The notes beneath the pieces were generated by a model. The model did no database searches and was not told the DNA's origin. It was given only the letters and a program-made list of their open reading frames with translations. A DNA stretch of 64,000 bases from Candidatus Bathyarchaeota archaeon. Its GTDB lineage: Archaea > Thermoproteota > Bathyarchaeia > Bathyarchaeales > Bathycorpusculaceae. The position numbers and the translations under genes are program-made. The DNA is taken from NCBI GenBank assembly GCA_963775895.1, contig CAVZKL010000023.1, forward strand, positions 1 to 64,000. The letters run 5' to 3'. This document shows, in pieces, positions 1-10,743 of the stretch. Within the stretch, counting starts at the first letter, position 1; every line of letters begins with the position of its first letter.

Positions 1-602
1 AATTCTCGCCGTCGAAGGTAAAGCCATAGGGGCCATCGCGGTGTCAGATACCGCGAAGGAACACTCAAAAGAGTCCGTCAGCAGCCTGCAAGAGATGGGC
101 TTGAAAGTCATCATGCTCAGCGGCGACACGAAGAGAACCGCTGAAGCGATAGCCAAACAATCGGGCATCAGACTACGTGCTCTCCGAGGTTGTCCCTGCC
201 CAGAAAGTTGAGGAAATAAAGAAGCTGCAGAGTGAGGGAAGGTTTGTCGCCATGGTCGGCGACGGTATAAATGATGCCCCTGCCATCACTCAAGCAAACG
301 TGGGCATTGCCATCGGAGGCGGCACCGACATCGCCGTCGATTCAGGAGACATCGTACTGCTCAAAGACGATCCGCGCAGTGTGGCGACGAGCATAAAGCT
401 CAGCAGAAGCACTCTGAGCAAAATCAGACAGAACCTGTTCTGGGCGTTCTTCTACAACATCATAATGATTCCGCTAGCCGCAGGCGTGGCGTACCACTTT
501 ATTGGCGTATTGATTCCACCTGAAGCCGCCGCGGCTTCGATGATACTCAGTGACATCACCGTCGTGGGCAACTCCTTCTTGTTGCGAAGATTCAAAGCGT
601 GA
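1..602 (+). CDS. copA: Heavy-metal (Cu+) P1B-type ATPase, C-terminal part (5'-truncated by window; 1-nt indel near 170)
   Basis: [11 protein letters not shown] hinge motif, [13 protein letters not shown] and [13 protein letters not shown] transmembrane motifs; upstream frame gives MLSGDT. Confidence 0.9.
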
Positions 603-674
603 AGCCTGAAGGTCACGTCTCAAGAAAAGAACGAGCGCCACTCGATGTTTCGGCGTTACCGTTGAGCGGCGTCT

Positions 675-869
675 CTATTTTTCGCCAAGATACCTCGTCG
701 GGTTCTTGTCAAACGTCACCTTGCACGATTGTGCGCAGAAATAGTAGGTCTTGCCCCTGAACTGTGACTTGAATTTCGCGGTTTTCTCGTCAACCATCAT
801 TCCGCAAACAGGATCCTTAGCCAAACCATTCCCACCTCCATCATTTCGTCCCGACAGTCTGCCTTTCAT
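675..869 (-). CDS. YHS/TRASH-domain metal-binding protein
   Basis: KDPVCGMMV...YYFCAQSCK motif, next to copA. Confidence 0.85.
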   Translation of the reverse strand: MKGRLSGRNDGGGNGLAKDPVCGMMVDEKTAKFKSQFRGKTYYFCAQSCKVTFDKNPTRYLGEK

Positions 870-955
870 TGTACTTTACTCCTTATTCTCATTTGTGGAG
901 AAGAGAGAAGTTTGCGCGGGCTAATCTATGCCAGATTTTATGGTAGCGCGCGCTT

Positions 956-1180
956 TCAGTCTTTTGTTTTTCCCCAATCTATTTTGTTCCATATTCTCTC
1001 ATGGAAATAGTAGGCTAATGTTGTGTAGATGTTGCTGATAACCGCAAATCCCAACGCCGCATCCAATCTTCCTGTTAGAATGTAAATCACTGTAATGTCC
1101 AACACGACAATCATCAACCTGTAAGTAAGCGACTTCACTATTGACCTTGAATTCTTTTCTTGCAACCCGCTTCTCCTCAA
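956..1180 (-). CDS. DUF2061-like small membrane protein
   Basis: RSIVKSLTYR...YYFHERIWNKIDWG pattern. Confidence 0.8.
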   Translation of the reverse strand: MRRSGLQEKNSRSIVKSLTYRLMIVVLDITVIYILTGRLDAALGFAVISNIYTTLAYYFHERIWNKIDWGKTKD

Positions 1181-1378
1181 AATCCAAATAGTTCCAAAAA
1201 GAAGTTAAATCTCTTTGCGCACATGCTCCGAACAGACCCACATTTGGCTTCATTTTGGTTTGTTGGTCTTTTTCGTGATCTATTTCAATTCAGTGGCAAG
1301 TCAGTTTCGATTTGAAAACTTGGTATCAGGTCTTGATTCCAATGACTTCAAGCGATCAGGCGCGCGCGTTGATTCTCA

Positions 1379-2386
1379 TTATCTTCTGTAAAATCTCTCA
1401 AACACCCTGGAAACTGCGAGACTAAGCCAAAGACTCAGATCTTTGCTCTTTGTTTTCAGCATTCTGAGTTTCCAGAGCCCGTTTTCTTCCTGTTTTCCAA
1501 CGAACCAATCAAGAGCTTTTCTGACGTCTTGGTCCTTACTGCTGAACTCGAGTTGAGAAAGGGACTCTAAGGATCATAACAAATCTGTGAACCAGAAGGG
1601 ATACGAGAAGCTGGTCCAGAAACTGGGCGCTTTCCGATCGGGATATCTGTCAGAATGGAAGAACCGCGACTTCAACAGTTCACCCGCGCGTTTGGCTTCC
1701 ATATCTTCCCGATGTTTCGGATGCGCTGCGAAAGCACGCAAAACAACGCCTGTCACCATGTGGGAGAAAGGTTCTGATCTGTCGGGCTGGATTGGTTCCG
1801 GTTTCCTGATCGCCTGCATCAGCGTCAATGAATTCTTTCCTCTCACAGTTCTTGCCGGTATTGCCCATCCACCATCCTTCTGTCGCACACTCAGCAACCA
1901 ATGGAATCCCGCTTCGATACGGGCGTCATCGTCATACCCTGCCTTCGTAAGAATCTCCATGAATGCCGCCGTATAATATGGGTTGTACTGGTTTCCGAAA
2001 ATCCCTCTGAAGTCTCCTTCTTCCGTCTGAAACTTGAACAAGAACTCTGCACCGTTCTGTAAAGCTTGATGTTCGCGTGTAAAACCGTACTTTTCCACCA
2101 AGATGCCGAGCACCCTGTAGGTCTCGAGTTGATTGTAATTGTTTTGTGAACGGATTTCCAGTTTTGCGCCAGGGTACCTCCATGAGCCATCACTCTGTTG
2201 CCTTGCAAGGATTCTCTCAGGTTCATGGAGTTCCCATAATTCTTCAACTGGCTCTACTCTTTCTCCTAAAAGGTCTCGTCTCGCAAAGTAGGAGACAGCC
2301 ACGTTTCCAGAGTTGAGCAAGCTTAGAACTGGGTTGTACTTTAGTTCTCTAGTCCATTCTGTCATTTCTTTCTCCGTCCGTTTCAC
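1379..2386 (-). CDS. Prenyltransferase/squalene-cyclase-repeat (QW-repeat) protein, with in-frame TGA at 1574-1576
   Basis: Repeated QxxDGxW motifs (QQSDGSW, QTEEGDF, RQKDGGW). The frame stays open after the TGA and gives another repeat (KQEENGLW) to TAA at 1379. Confidence 0.65.
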
Positions 2387-2498
2387 TTTTTGATTTCTGC
2401 GCGCGCTTTTTCGTGATCATTATATCAGTTGGGTTCACTCTTAAATTCTCATGGGGAAAATACAAGAACGATAAAAAAAATCAGTTTGTCGGATCGGA

Positions 2499-3072
2499 AT
2501 GACTGCAGAACTTTACGTTGCCAACAGACACGAATGGCGTGCGTGGCTAGAGGAAAACTCATGCGCCTCGGGAGGGAGTCTGGCTGATTTACTTCAAGAA
2601 TCACTCTGAAAAGGCTAGCATTCCTTATGATGATTCGGTTGAGGAGGCGATTTGTTTTGGCTGGATTGACGGCATCATAAGGAAGTTGAGACGACGAAAG
2701 GTACGTTCGCAAATTCATGCCTCGGAGGACAGGAAGCAGATGGTCCGAATCGAACAAGAAAAGGGCGGGACGGATGATTGAACAGGGAAGGATGGCTGAG
2801 GCTGGACTTGCTACGGTCAGAGAGGCAAAAGAGAATGGTGAATGGTTCAGGATGCCGATAAACAGGAAAGAACTCGTGATTCCAAAGGCAATGCAGCAGG
2901 CATTGGCGAAAAAACAGGAAGGCCCGGGCAAACTTCGACAAACTCGCAAGTTCTTACAAACGTCAGTACGTGTCTTGGGTATCAGCTGCAAAGAAAGAAG
3001 AGACCAAGAAGAAACGGGTGACCGAAGCCATAGACCTCTTGGAACAGCAACAAAAAGCTTGGACTCAAATAG
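2499..3072 (+). CDS. YdeI/OmpD-associated family protein (frameshifted)
   Basis: Pieces in different frames: EWRAWLEEN, YDDSVEEAICFGWIDG, PRRTGSRWSESNK..GRMAEAG. Confidence 0.75.
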
Positions 3073-3138
3073 TGAGCCCATGCGCAAGAATTATAACAGC
3101 CAAGGCGTAAGACGCTGGATTGTTCGGAGACGGTCAGA

Positions 3139-3538
3139 GTGTCTGATGATGAGATGGATTTTTCAGCCTATATTGCCTATCACGCAGTTGGAACGAGCAC
3201 TTACTCACTGTTCATGGGTTTCACGTTCACGTCTATGGTTGTGCTTCTCACTTGGATTCCGGATCCCAAGCGAACTAAGAGTGCAGGTCGTCTTGTTCGC
3301 CTTGGCTGTGCTTTTCCATGTTCTGGGATTTCTTCTGTTCATCGAAGAAGCCGTCATAGCCTATTGCGTTAGAGTTGCTCCGCAACTGCCCGAAGGCTAC
3401 AAGGGCTCGACCATACGCTATTTGTCCGACTTTGTCTGGTACACCCTTACGGGAATAACGTTTCTGATGTTCTTCGTGTGGGGTCTGCATTATCTAGCAT
3501 TGGTCACGGCAATCGTGGCTATATCTCTAATAGTTTAA
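3139..3538 (+). CDS. Small integral membrane protein (frameshifted)
   Basis: Hydrophobic segments split between ORF 3139..3372 and the 3' half of 2717..3538. Confidence 0.45.
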
Positions 3539-3705
3539 GCCACGCTAAAAGCGCAGGCCTCTGTACAGGGCAGTTGGCGAGAAGTGGTCCAGGAAGTAAA
3601 TTGGTCGCAGTCATCAACATTGACCTTGGATAGTGACGTCTACAAGCAAATGAGCGCGCGCGCTTTTCCACTGGCGACTGCGAGAAAAGTGCGTGCCATG
3701 CGAAT

Positions 3706-4176
3706 TCAGAGAAGTACGGACACCATTTCACCTATCTTCCTTAAGAAGGTCGTGTCCTCTTTTGTGAACGGTGAAAGAGCATGAGAGTCTATGTCAAGTT
3801 CGCCAACCAGCACTTCACTCTTGAAGATGGGTATGACAATTTCAGACTTCACGTTTGCGCTGCATGAGAGATAATTGTTCTCTTTGGAAACATCTTGCAC
3901 AAGAAATGTCTTCCGAAGTTTTGCAGCTTGACCGCAGATTCCTTTTCCAAAAGCTATCCTTACGTGTTCGGTGGGTTCTCCCTCAAACGGACCGAGCACG
4001 AGTCCTTCTCGCTTTTTGTCGTCCACAAGGTAAAAACCGACCCAGTTGTAGTAGGGGACATTCTCCTTGAGTAGCTTGCAAACGGTTTTGAGTTTCTCAT
4101 TCTCATCCGCTTTTCTCTTCAAGACTTCACTTACCTTCTTCGTAAGCGAATCGAAAAGTGTTTTCTTGTCAATCAT
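3706..4176 (-). CDS. GAF-domain protein, free Met-R-sulfoxide reductase (MsrC/fRMsr)-like
   Basis: YNWVGFYL, LGPFEG, GKGICGQAA, SEIVIPI, ELDIDS motifs. Confidence 0.85.
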   Translation of the reverse strand: MIDKKTLFDSLTKKVSEVLKRKADENEKLKTVCKLLKENVPYYNWVGFYLVDDKKREGLVLGPFEGEPTEHVRIAFGKGICGQAAKLRKTFLVQDVSKENNYLSCSANVKSEIVIPIFKSEVLVGELDIDSHALSPFTKEDTTFLRKIGEMVSVLL

Positions 4177-4214
4177 TGCCCTTCAACTCATCTAAGCACA
4201 TTTAATCGAAAATG

Positions 4215-4772
4215 CTACTTGTCTTCGAGCTTGACAACCTTGCAGCACCTTCGCTCCAAGTGTCCCATAAGATCCACGCCTGCTCTGGCTCTTTCCTTTT
4301 CCTCTTCAAGGTACTTCTGAAATCCTACTTGTCTGACACGCTTGTAATTCTCAACGACGAAGGGGTACCATTCTCTTTGGTATTCGGTATTCTCGCACGC
4401 CAAATATTCGTCGCACAAAAGACAGCTTTCAAGGTTCTTCTTTGGAGCACATTTCTTGTTTTCACATGGTGCGCCTCCACCGTTCAGACACATCGGACAC
4501 TGAGAATTAGAAAACCATTCAAGACCCTTTCTGAACTCGTCAAAACTGAAAGATTTTACAGCATCTTGAACCCAGTTGTAACGCGTCGTGTCGACAAGCC
4601 TCTTCAACTCGCCGGCCATCATCTTCACTCTACCATTTCCATTTGGACATTGACCGCAGTAGACTCCGCATATCCCATATCGGCGGTTCTTAGTCTCCAT
4701 TTCTTGCTCACCTGTCATGACTGAATTAGTGATTGATCGTGGTAAAAATAGTCTGCGCTCAACCTTCGTCAC
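4215..4772 (-). CDS. DUF3795-like Cys-rich protein
   Basis: CGVYCGQCP...CPMC...C..CA......SCLLCDEYLAC pattern; start may be at MTGEQ/METKN. Confidence 0.75.
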   Translation of the reverse strand: MTKVERRLFLPRSITNSVMTGEQEMETKNRRYGICGVYCGQCPNGNGRVKMMAGELKRLVDTTRYNWVQDAVKSFSFDEFRKGLEWFSNSQCPMCLNGGGAPCENKKCAPKKNLESCLLCDEYLACENTEYQREWYPFVVENYKRVRQVGFQKYLEEEKERARAGVDLMGHLERRCCKVVKLEDK

Positions 4773-4929
4773 AGCCGCGCGGATACGTAGGTGATGACTA
4801 GAGGGGATGACGCGTCCAAGTCATGTAGAATACTAGGACGCTTGCGCGGATGTGGTCGATAGCACGCTCGATCTGGCACAAAACTTATGATGACCTACTT
4901 CTGAAATCAAATAGTGAGAGTAGAATTTT

Positions 4930-5766
4930 TTGAGCAAAGTCGTGAAAGAATACTACGACAGAAATGCTGAGAGAGAATGGAACAGACTAGCTCAGGACGC
5001 GTACCACAGGCTCGAATTCATCGTGACGACGCGTTTTATGGACAAGTACCTTCCTAAGAAAGGGTTGATTCTTGACGCGGGCGGCGGGCCTGGACGCTAC
5101 ACGGTAGAGTTGGCAAAGAAAGGTTACGATGTCGTGCTCTTCGACCTGTCTCCAAAGTGTCTGGTTCAAGCTCAAAAGAGAATCCTGAAAGCCAAGGTTG
5201 AGAAAAGAGTGAAGAACGTAGTGCAAGGTTCCATCACAGACTTGTCGCAATTTCCAGATGAGGGTTTCGACTCCGTAGTCTGTCTCGGAGCAATGTCGCA
5301 TCTGCTTGAAAAGAGGGAAAGAAACATGGCGGCTTCAGAACTCGTTAGAGTGACGAAGAAGGACGCGCCGATTTTCGTTTCTGTGATCAATTTGTACGGC
5401 GTTTTCAGAGTGGTCCTGCAGAGAATACAGAACGAGCTCTTGGCTCCTTCTCACGAGGAAATGTTCTCTAAGGGTGTTCACAGGGCAAAATGGCACGAGA
5501 AAGAGCATGACTATCGGGGCTTTCCAGACGCGTATTTTTTCCTTCCGCCCGAACTGCGAGAACTGTTCGAGAAACGAGGAGTCGAAACACTTGAGATGGC
5601 AACGTGTGAAGGTCTATCCTCACATTTGAAAGAGGAAACCAACAAGATCTACAAGGATGATGGAAAATGGAAGTTTTGGCTGGACCTAATCCTGAAAACC
5701 TGTGCAGACCCTGCTATCCTGGGGCTAGGAGAGCACTTCCTGTACGTCGGAAGAAAGGTCACGTGA
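4930..5766 (+). CDS. Class I SAM-dependent methyltransferase
   Basis: ILDAGGGPGRY motif I. Confidence 0.85.
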   Translation: MSKVVKEYYDRNAEREWNRLAQDAYHRLEFIVTTRFMDKYLPKKGLILDAGGGPGRYTVELAKKGYDVVLFDLSPKCLVQAQKRILKAKVEKRVKNVVQGSITDLSQFPDEGFDSVVCLGAMSHLLEKRERNMAASELVRVTKKDAPIFVSVINLYGVFRVVLQRIQNELLAPSHEEMFSKGVHRAKWHEKEHDYRGFPDAYFFLPPELRELFEKRGVETLEMATCEGLSSHLKEETNKIYKDDGKWKFWLDLILKTCADPAILGLGEHFLYVGRKVT

Positions 5767-6616
5767 CTGCTGCGTTCTTCGAACTTGTCCGTTCTGATTA
5801 GTGCGCGCTAAGGGTTCGTAGTACGCACATCTGTTGTTTTGGAAGACCAATCCTCGTCCCATGAAGAATCCAAAAAAACAGGACTAACAAATCCAAGAAA
5901 AGATGAACATAACCTCACTTAGGGACTCCTAACGCCCATATTCTTCCGTTGTTTCGAAGCGCGCGCTCAACAATGTCCAGACTCTAGAAAAGGGCAAAAA
6001 AAACTCTCTCCGAGCGCGCGCACATTTCAGCATAGTTTGGTCCAAGGCCCTTGAGTTTTGAAGAGCGATCAGCCGTCTCTGCGATCGCGAGACACTTCTA
6101 CCTTGTTTTCCCATTGTCTACGGGGCCGCCTGAGCTTGAAAAGAGAGGTTAAGCCTTGCGGCAAGGCTTTAAGGCTTTTGAGGTGAGGTTTATGCAAGGC
6201 TTCAAGGCCAACCTTTTCAAGGCTTTCAAGGCACAGTCAAGGTTTTGGGCACTAGGTTCGAGGTGATCAAAGTAGAGGGCTGGACTCGCTTAGTGAGAGA
6301 CAGAGGACGGCGAGAAAGAAGTCAAGCTTTTGCGGCGCCTTCTTATCCAAAATGCCAGGGCTCCCGAACAAGTACGCTCAGCAGCCCTTGAAGCGCGCAA
6401 GGCTTCCCAAGGTTCTGCTTAAGGCTCTGCTCATGCCTTTGAGGAAGCAACTCAAGAAGCTCAAGGCTCAGACGCGAACTTCGAGGCAGTCGAAGTAGCA
6501 CGCGCGGCAATCGTCAAAAAACAGCCAAAAACCAACTCCAATTCATACTCAAAACGTGCCGAAAAAGAAACTTGGGGGAAAGGGGAGGACGGTGCACCTA
6601 CAACTTCACGCGCTTT

Positions 6617-7067
6617 TTACATCTGTGTTCCGGTTATCGTTGCGTTGAAACCGAAGTTCGTAACACCCGTGGCCCCCGATGACACCGAAAGCACCAGCAG
6701 TGTTGCAAGAACGTTACCAACGTTGAGCACCGTGCCCTCCTGATTCCACGTAAAAGTCACGTAGCCCGAAGCGTTCGCAGGGTTCCACGCCGTGACCGTC
6801 ATGCTCAAAGACACCTGCGCCGTACCAGTGTTCTTCACATAGATCGTCTTGTTCGCCGAAGAACCAGGAACCAGGCTTCCCCAATCTATCGTCGACAACA
6901 CTTGCGTACAACCGCTGTCCGCAAACGCACCCACATTCACCGTCGTGATCGCACCCGTGTTCGAAAACGTCCTGTTCGCCTGCAAAACCGCAAGAACACT
7001 CGTCAGCAACGCCATCGCCGCCACGGCAACCGCGAGCCCCACCATCGTCGATCTTCTGCATAGCCAA
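6617..7067 (-). CDS. Secreted/surface beta-sandwich protein (lineage-specific; indel near 7052)
   Basis: N-terminal hydrophobic signal, IDWGSLVPGSSANKTIYVKN motif; paralogous to 62617..63147. Confidence 0.6.
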
Positions 7068-7347
7068 ATTTTTCCACCGAGCCTTATCTTGAATCGCAAG
7101 TCATAATAAACGTTTCCGTCTACCAGATCAACACAAATACAAATGAGAACCCAGCCACAATTCCAAAAAAATACCCAAAACCTCTCGGAAACAACACCCA
7201 TAAAAGAAAATCAACGACTCCTCGCGCGCAGAAGACATGCGCAGGAGCGGATGGGCGACATCGGCCGCAAATCAGCTAATCTGCGTCAACGACACTCTGG
7301 CCTTAGCGGACAGCTATCTAAGGGTCTTCCCCTTTCGGAAGGGCATC

Positions 7348-7925
7348 CTATTCTTTGCGTGCGACATTCACGAAATTCCTGAGTATGTCTTCGCCGTGCT
7401 CAGTGTTGTTGACTTCCGGGTGAAACTGCACCCCGTAGTACGATTTTTCCACGTGCTTCACTGCCTGTATGCTACAATTGTCCGAAGTTGCAAGGATTCT
7501 GAAGCCCGGTGCCTCCTTAACCTCATCATTATGCGATTCCCAGACCAAGAACTCTTTAGGCAATCCCCTGAACAAGTCATCCTCCTCAACGACCCTTATC
7601 TTCGCCAATCCATACTCCGGAGCCCTTGCAGGTCCAGCCTTGCCTCCACAGTGAAGAGCCATCAACTGAAGACCAACACATATGCCCAGTATCGGGCCTC
7701 GAAAATCATTCAAGTAATCCGTACAGTTTCCAAGCTTAGGGCGATTCCCACGCGATCCGCAGGCGCCCCACCGCTGAGGACAAGCGCGTCAGCATCAATC
7801 TCGTTCAGAGGAGTCGTGTTTGCGATTATCTTGGTCTCGCATCCGATTTCACGCAAGACTCGCCAAATCCTATGAGTCCACTGGCCACCGTTGTCAATAA
7901 CGTAGACTTTCACAGCACTACTCAT
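7348..7925 (-). CDS. guaAA: GMP synthase subunit A (glutamine amidotransferase), frameshifted near 7730-7760
   Basis: [21 protein letters not shown] (catalytic Cys), QFHPEV. Confidence 0.9.
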
Positions 7926-8875
7926 ACTCGATCGTTCCAGGAGGCTTATTGGTTACGTCAAAAACGACCCTGCTGACCTCGTCCTTGAGCGTGTTCGTAA
8001 TTCTGATCGATATCCTTTCCAACACCGAGTGCGGTATCTTTGAATACGCCGCGCTCATCCCGTCAAGACTCTCGACAGCATCGAACCGAAATCATGGTTC
8101 CATAGACCCTGACGTCACCGTGAACACCAACAGTTTTACAGGGTAATAGAACCGCGAAATATTGCCAAGGCTTGCTCATCTCCTTGTTTGCAGCTGCGTT
8201 CTCAATCTCTTCCTCAACGATTGCACAGGCTTCCCGAACGATTCTCGTGCTCTCCGAGTCCGCTTCACCGAGAATTCTAACTGCCAAACCCGGGCCTGGA
8301 AACGGCTGTCTCTCGTAAATGTCCTTGGGCAACCCCAACTTCTCTCCGACGATTCTCACCTCGTCTTTATACAAGTCTCTAAGAGGTTCAACGATCTCAA
8401 ACTCTATTTTTTCTGGCAGACCCCCAACGTTGTGATGGGACTTGATGGTGTCTCTCAAGCCCCCTCCGCTCTCTATCCAGTCCGGCGCGATGGTCCCTTG
8501 GACAAAAAACTTCGCGTCTTCCTTCCTCGCAACTTCCTCGAAGACTCTTATGAACAACTCGCCTATGATCTTTCTCTTCTTCTCAGGCTCCACAACTCCT
8601 TTCAGCTTCTCGTAGAACCTCTCCTTGGCGTCCACGACGATAACGTTCAAACCCATCTTCAGCAGCATTCTCTTGTTGTTCTCGATTTCATCCTTCCGCA
8701 TATAACCAGTGTCAACCAAAACACACCGCAAATTCTCCCCAACAGCCCTGCCAACCAAAACAGCGGCGACGGTGGAGTCAACGCCGCCCGAAACGCCGAT
8801 CACCGCTTTTCCTATGATCCTCTTTCTCAGCTCCTCAACTTTGCTTTCGACGAATCTCTGGGCGTCAAACATCAA
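7918..8875 (-). CDS. guaAB: GMP synthase subunit B (ATP pyrophosphatase), frameshifted near 8080
   Basis: [26 protein letters not shown]; alternative frame ends [13 protein letters not shown]. Confidence 0.92.
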
Positions 8876-9029
8876 ATCATCACAAGCTAGCTTGAACTTC
8901 TGGATATAAAAATCTTGTAAAACTCTGAAGAAAACTGTTCGAGAGGATGGATACTGCTGCTCTCATAATGGGAAAACTATAAAACGCAGACGACAAGTTT
9001 ACCTAGTCTCCGATTAATCCGAAAATCTG

Positions 9030-10739
9030 GTGAAAAGCGTGGAAAAGTTCACACACGACGTAATCATGATCGGTGCGGGCCTAGCAGGTCTGAGAGCCGC
9101 AGTGGCCGCCGCAGATGTCAACAACAAACTCGACATTGCGGTGATCTCCAAACATCACCCCTTGCGTTCACACTCGGTTTGCGCACAGGGCGGAACCGCC
9201 GCAGTCATGCGTGAGGAAGATTCGTTTGAACGGCATGCCTATGACACCGTCAAAGGCGCCGATTTTTTGGCAGATCAAGATGTAGCAGAATTCTTCGTAA
9301 AACAAGCTCCAAGAGAAATCGTGCTGACCGAGCATTGGGGATGCCCTTGGAGTCGCACCCCAGATGGAAAAATCGATCAACGCGCCTTCGGAGGTCACAC
9401 TTTTCCGCGTGCATGTTTTGCGGCGGACATGACGGGTTTTCATGAGATGCACGCGTTGTATGGCAAGGCTTCATCGTATGACAACATAAAATTCTACGAC
9501 GAATGGTTCGCTACTTCTTTGATAGTTGAAAACAAAACCGCAATCGGCTTGACCGCCATAGAAATGAAAACTGGAGAAATGAGAGCATTCGGCGCCAAGT
9601 CAATAGTGATGGCCAGCGGTGGACATGAACGCATTTACGAGTTCACAACCTTCTCTCACACAACAACAGGCGACGGCATGGCTATGGCATATCGCGCAGG
9701 AGCAGCCCTTGAAGACATGGAGTTCGTGCAATTCCACCCCACAGGTCTCGTTCCATCCGGTGTACTGATTACAGAAGGAGCCCGAGGCGAAGGTGGCTAC
9801 CTGATAAACGCTAATGGCGAACGTTTCATGAAGAAATACGCTCCTGAAAAAATGGAACTGGCTCCACGCGACGTGGTGTCGAGGGCCGAACAAACCGAGA
9901 TTCTTGAGGGCAGAGGCCTGATCGGACCCTATGGTCCATACATAGCCATAGACCTCAGACACTTGGGCGAAGAAAAAATAAATGAACGATTACCCCTGAT
10001 TCGAGACGTCGCAATAAAACTCGGCGGGGTCGACCCAGTTAAAGAACCGATACCTATCAGGCCCGCGGCCCACTATTCGATGGGGGGTATACAAGCAAAC
10101 ATCAGAACCGAAACGCCGACATCGGGATTGTACGCATCAGGAGAATGCTCGTGTCTGAGCCTGCATGGCGCGAACAGGCTGGGAACGAACTCGACGAGTG
10201 AATGCTTAGTTTTCGGAGCAGTTTCAGGCGAAGAGGCCGCGAAACACGCCATGAAAACTGGTCTGCACGAGTTACCTCACGAGAAGCTGGCGGAAGAAGA
10301 AAAACGGGTCTTCAACGGCATTCTAGGCAGCGAAGGTCCCGAAGCCGTACCTAAGATAAGAGACGAAATGAGGCAAATAATGAACCAAAAGGCCTGGATA
10401 TATCGGAGGGGTGACCAACTCGAGAGCGGCCTGAAAGAAATAAAGCAGTTGAAGGAAAGGTTCAAGAGAATTAAGGTCAGCGACAAGGGAAGACCCTTCA
10501 ACACTGGAATGCTCAACGCGCTTCAGCTGAGTTTCATGTTAGATCTCGCGGAAGTGACGATGGTAAGTGCACTTCCACGAAACGAGTCACGGGGAGCACA
10601 TTCGAGAACAGATTATCCAAAACGGGACGACCAGAACTGGTTGAAACACACGCTCGCATATTATACACGAGACGGGCCAAGGCTGGAATACGCTCCCGTC
10701 ACTATCACTAGGTGGCAACCTGCCGCAAGAACCTACTAG
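9030..10739 (+). CDS. sdhA: Succinate dehydrogenase/fumarate reductase flavoprotein subunit
   Basis: GAGLAG, RSHSVCAQGG (FAD-His), QFHPTG, HGANRLG, ESRGAH. Confidence 0.93.
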   Translation: MKSVEKFTHDVIMIGAGLAGLRAAVAAADVNNKLDIAVISKHHPLRSHSVCAQGGTAAVMREEDSFERHAYDTVKGADFLADQDVAEFFVKQAPREIVLTEHWGCPWSRTPDGKIDQRAFGGHTFPRACFAADMTGFHEMHALYGKASSYDNIKFYDEWFATSLIVENKTAIGLTAIEMKTGEMRAFGAKSIVMASGGHERIYEFTTFSHTTTGDGMAMAYRAGAALEDMEFVQFHPTGLVPSGVLITEGARGEGGYLINANGERFMKKYAPEKMELAPRDVVSRAEQTEILEGRGLIGPYGPYIAIDLRHLGEEKINERLPLIRDVAIKLGGVDPVKEPIPIRPAAHYSMGGIQANIRTETPTSGLYASGECSCLSLHGANRLGTNSTSECLVFGAVSGEEAAKHAMKTGLHELPHEKLAEEEKRVFNGILGSEGPEAVPKIRDEMRQIMNQKAWIYRRGDQLESGLKEIKQLKERFKRIKVSDKGRPFNTGMLNALQLSFMLDLAEVTMVSALPRNESRGAHSRTDYPKRDDQNWLKHTLAYYTRDGPRLEYAPVTITRWQPAARTY

Positions 10740-10743
10740 GAGG

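Noticed and set aside
1574-1576. In-frame TGA as selenocysteine or readthrough
   Set aside because: Not a redox motif and no SECIS-like element seen; one substitution from TCA (Ser) explains it.
4791-4904. C/D box sRNA (GTGATGA; ATGATGA...CTGA)
   Set aside because: Box spacing does not give two guide regions, and the second motif overlaps the likely promoter.
6121-6139. cggggccgcc...ttgaa as tRNA-Pro 3' att remnant
   Set aside because: T-arm does not pair; match too short.
6152-6470. CRISPR array
   Set aside because: Repeats are only 6-7 nt with irregular spacing, and there are no cas genes in the window.
8162-8890. Long antisense ORFs (also 7237..7875, 37247..37981, 19288..19857, 2449..3087)
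   Set aside because: Shadow frames of well-supported genes on the other strand.
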